Assembly (NCBI GenBank): GCA_020632215.1
Contig: JACKFZ010000002.1
Span: forward strand, 8,701 to 72,700
Direction: 5' to 3'
Source: Candidatus Nomurabacteria bacterium
GTDB taxonomy: Bacteria; Patescibacteriota; Minisyncoccia; Phycocordibacterales; JAACPR01
DNA: 64,000 bases
This document shows positions 62,397 through 64,000 of this stretch, one piece after another. The number at the start of each line of letters is the position of its first letter. Positions within the stretch are counted from its first letter, which is position 1. The position numbers and the translations under genes were made by a program. Under the pieces are notes generated by a model. It worked only from the letters and a program-made list of their open reading frames with translations. It was not told where the DNA came from and did not search any database.

Positions 62397-63752
62397 CTAA
62401 AACCTCCAAACCACGAAAGAAAGTTCGGAGAACCACTTTACTATCTCTATCTGATAAATAAGTAGTAAATTTACGAAAAATCCTGGTAATAAAGCTATTT
62501 GCACAGAAAATATACCAATTACTCCAGCAATAAAACCAATAAGCATTGTGAGTGGAATAGTTGGCAAAACTATAATATTGACTACTAAAGCTACTGTCGA
62601 TAGCTCTCCCGTCATATTTATAAGCAATGGTAAAACTGAAATCTGAGTTGCTAAAGTTGAAGAGACAATCTCTCTAACACCAAATTTCTCTGGTAAGAAT
62701 GGAAATATTTTTAAGATATATGGAGTAATGTGAACTAGCCCAAGAGTTGCTACAAAACTCAACTGAAACCCTGGATCGCCAAGCAAGATTCTAGGATTGA
62801 GAAAAACCATAATAAAAGCTGCTAACAACAATGAACGATTGATAGCATATGATCTATACAAATATTCTGAAAGCATCACAAGAAAAACCATAATGCTAGA
62901 TCTAATTATCGTCGCATTAGCTCCAGTCAAAATAGCAAATAGAAAAATAGATATGGTACCAGCAATAAAACTCCCAGTCCTTGGTAAAAACTGAAATGTT
63001 CTTTTGATCATCTGAGCTACAATAGCGATGTTGTATCCAGAAAGAACGACGATGTGAATCAATCCAACTTTTCTAAATCTATCTAAGAGATCTTTTCCTA
63101 AAGCTTGTTTAGCTCCGACAATCAAACCTGCTGCTAAAGGAGACTGTGGAGGAACCAGAACCCTATTCAATCCATCAATGAATTTTTGTTTGATAAAAAA
63201 TAAAAATCTTTTTATGGACCATTCTCCATCGTCAAGAACCTCAACTTGTGGACGATAGATTGTATAAAAAATATTTTCTCTTGCTAAAAAAGAAACGTAG
63301 TCAAACTCAATACCATTATCATTTTCAAAGTTCTCTGGTGCTTCTAACTTCCCAGTAATAGAAACTTTATTACCATACTCAAATCTTGGAAAAGGAGAAG
63401 TAAATATCTGAACTACTTCATAACTATTCTCTAACTTTATTTTATAGATAACCGCATTTTGACGAATATCTGGTTCATCATCTACAAAGCCGATTAGAGT
63501 TGCATTCTCATCTACATTGTTAAGACTAGATTGATGATGAGAGATAAAGTAGTTAGTTCTCAATATGCCAAGTAGCATTGCGCAGACAATAACAATAAAA
63601 AAGGCTTGCTGTTTATTTTTAAAAATAAACATTACAATAAATATTAAGAAGCTAAATAAAACAATCTCTGTGTATGAAATTTTAAATAGACTAGCTATTC
63701 CGACAGCAAATAGAAAAGATATGATAAAACCATAGTAATATTGCTTTGCCAC
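62397..63752 (-). CDS. comEC: ComEC/Rec2 competence membrane channel (DUF4131 + Competence domains), lacking the MBL domain
   Basis: 451-aa polytopic membrane protein. VGLIHIVVLSGYNIAIV matches the conserved ComEC H..SG.N motif. The N-terminal DUF4131-like OB region is present. Confidence 0.65.
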   Translation of the reverse strand: MAKQYYYGFIISFLFAVGIASLFKISYTEIVLFSFLIFIVMFIFKNKQQAFFIVIVCAMLLGILRTNYFISHHQSSLNNVDENATLIGFVDDEPDIRQNAVIYKIKLENSYEVVQIFTSPFPRFEYGNKVSITGKLEAPENFENDNGIEFDYVSFLARENIFYTIYRPQVEVLDDGEWSIKRFLFFIKQKFIDGLNRVLVPPQSPLAAGLIVGAKQALGKDLLDRFRKVGLIHIVVLSGYNIAIVAQMIKRTFQFLPRTGSFIAGTISIFLFAILTGANATIIRSSIMVFLVMLSEYLYRSYAINRSLLLAAFIMVFLNPRILLGDPGFQLSFVATLGLVHITPYILKIFPFLPEKFGVREIVSSTLATQISVLPLLINMTGELSTVALVVNIIVLPTIPLTMLIGFIAGVIGIFSVQIALLPGFFVNLLLIYQIEIVKWFSELSFVVWRF

Positions 63753-64000
63753 TTATGTAAGTATAGAAGCAATAGATAAAATATTGATGAATTTATAATT
63801 AATTTTTCGACTTGAAAAAATATATAGAAAGAGTATAGTCGGAATTGTGAAAACTAAGATTGTTCTTCTTGTCGGGCTTGCCATCTGTTTGGTGGCAAGC
63901 ATGTTTTACCGGCCACATAACTGGGAAATGTGGCTCTGGTACTCCATCACGTTTTGAGAAATGACCCCGAGCACTTAGCAGACGATGACTAAGTCGTGTA

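Noticed and set aside
62001-62465. Three overlapping small ORFs (62001..62270 minus, 62174..62461 plus, 62235..62465 plus)
   Set aside because: They overlap each other and the GC-rich hairpin elements, and their composition is nonsense (R/P/H-rich). The region is better explained as structured RNA or terminators.

Overview
This is a low-GC, gene-dense window that looks like a CPR/Patescibacteria-type genome. The ribosomal-protein superoperon is minus-stranded and heavily rearranged (rpsL-rpsG ... fusA ... rplJ-rplL ... tuf-rpsJ-rplCDWB ... rpsS-rplV-rpsC-rplP-rpmC-rpsQ-rplNXE ... rpsZ-rpsH-rplFR-rpsE-rplO-secY-map); it lacks L30, and adk/infA/rpmJ are absent from the usual secY-map interval. 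Inserted genes interrupt the operon: a HicBA toxin-antitoxin pair with its own terminator, an M16 peptidase with a HIT protein, a secreted peptidoglycan-binding protein, and several membrane proteins. The most striking feature is a 14.4-kb gene (44985..59342, minus strand) encoding a 4,785-aa tail-fibre-like surface protein. It has an N-terminal excisionase-type HTH, one transmembrane segment, about 11.5 nucleotide-identical 516-bp tandem repeats, and two C-terminal Peptidase_S74 intramolecular-chaperone domains. A small site-2 (M50) protease gene sits directly upstream on the same strand, which suggests a membrane-tethered regulator released by regulated intramembrane proteolysis. Other features are several families of intergenic inverted-repeat elements built from tandem heptamers (TAGTAAA, TAGTATG, GTCTGAA); a recurring promoter-region motif (TTTCGGATTTCGTGCTTCGAATTTC); GC-rich structured non-coding islands at about 7005..7300 and 62182..62386; a metal-transporter cluster (DMT, YibE/F with a poly-His tail, ZIP, CorA); two NUDIX hydrolases; a split ComEC with an SOD-like gene between the halves; infC-rpmI-rplT; ndk; and a sortase-substrate-like PKD-repeat protein. 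All calls are made by eye from motifs in the supplied translations. No searches were run.
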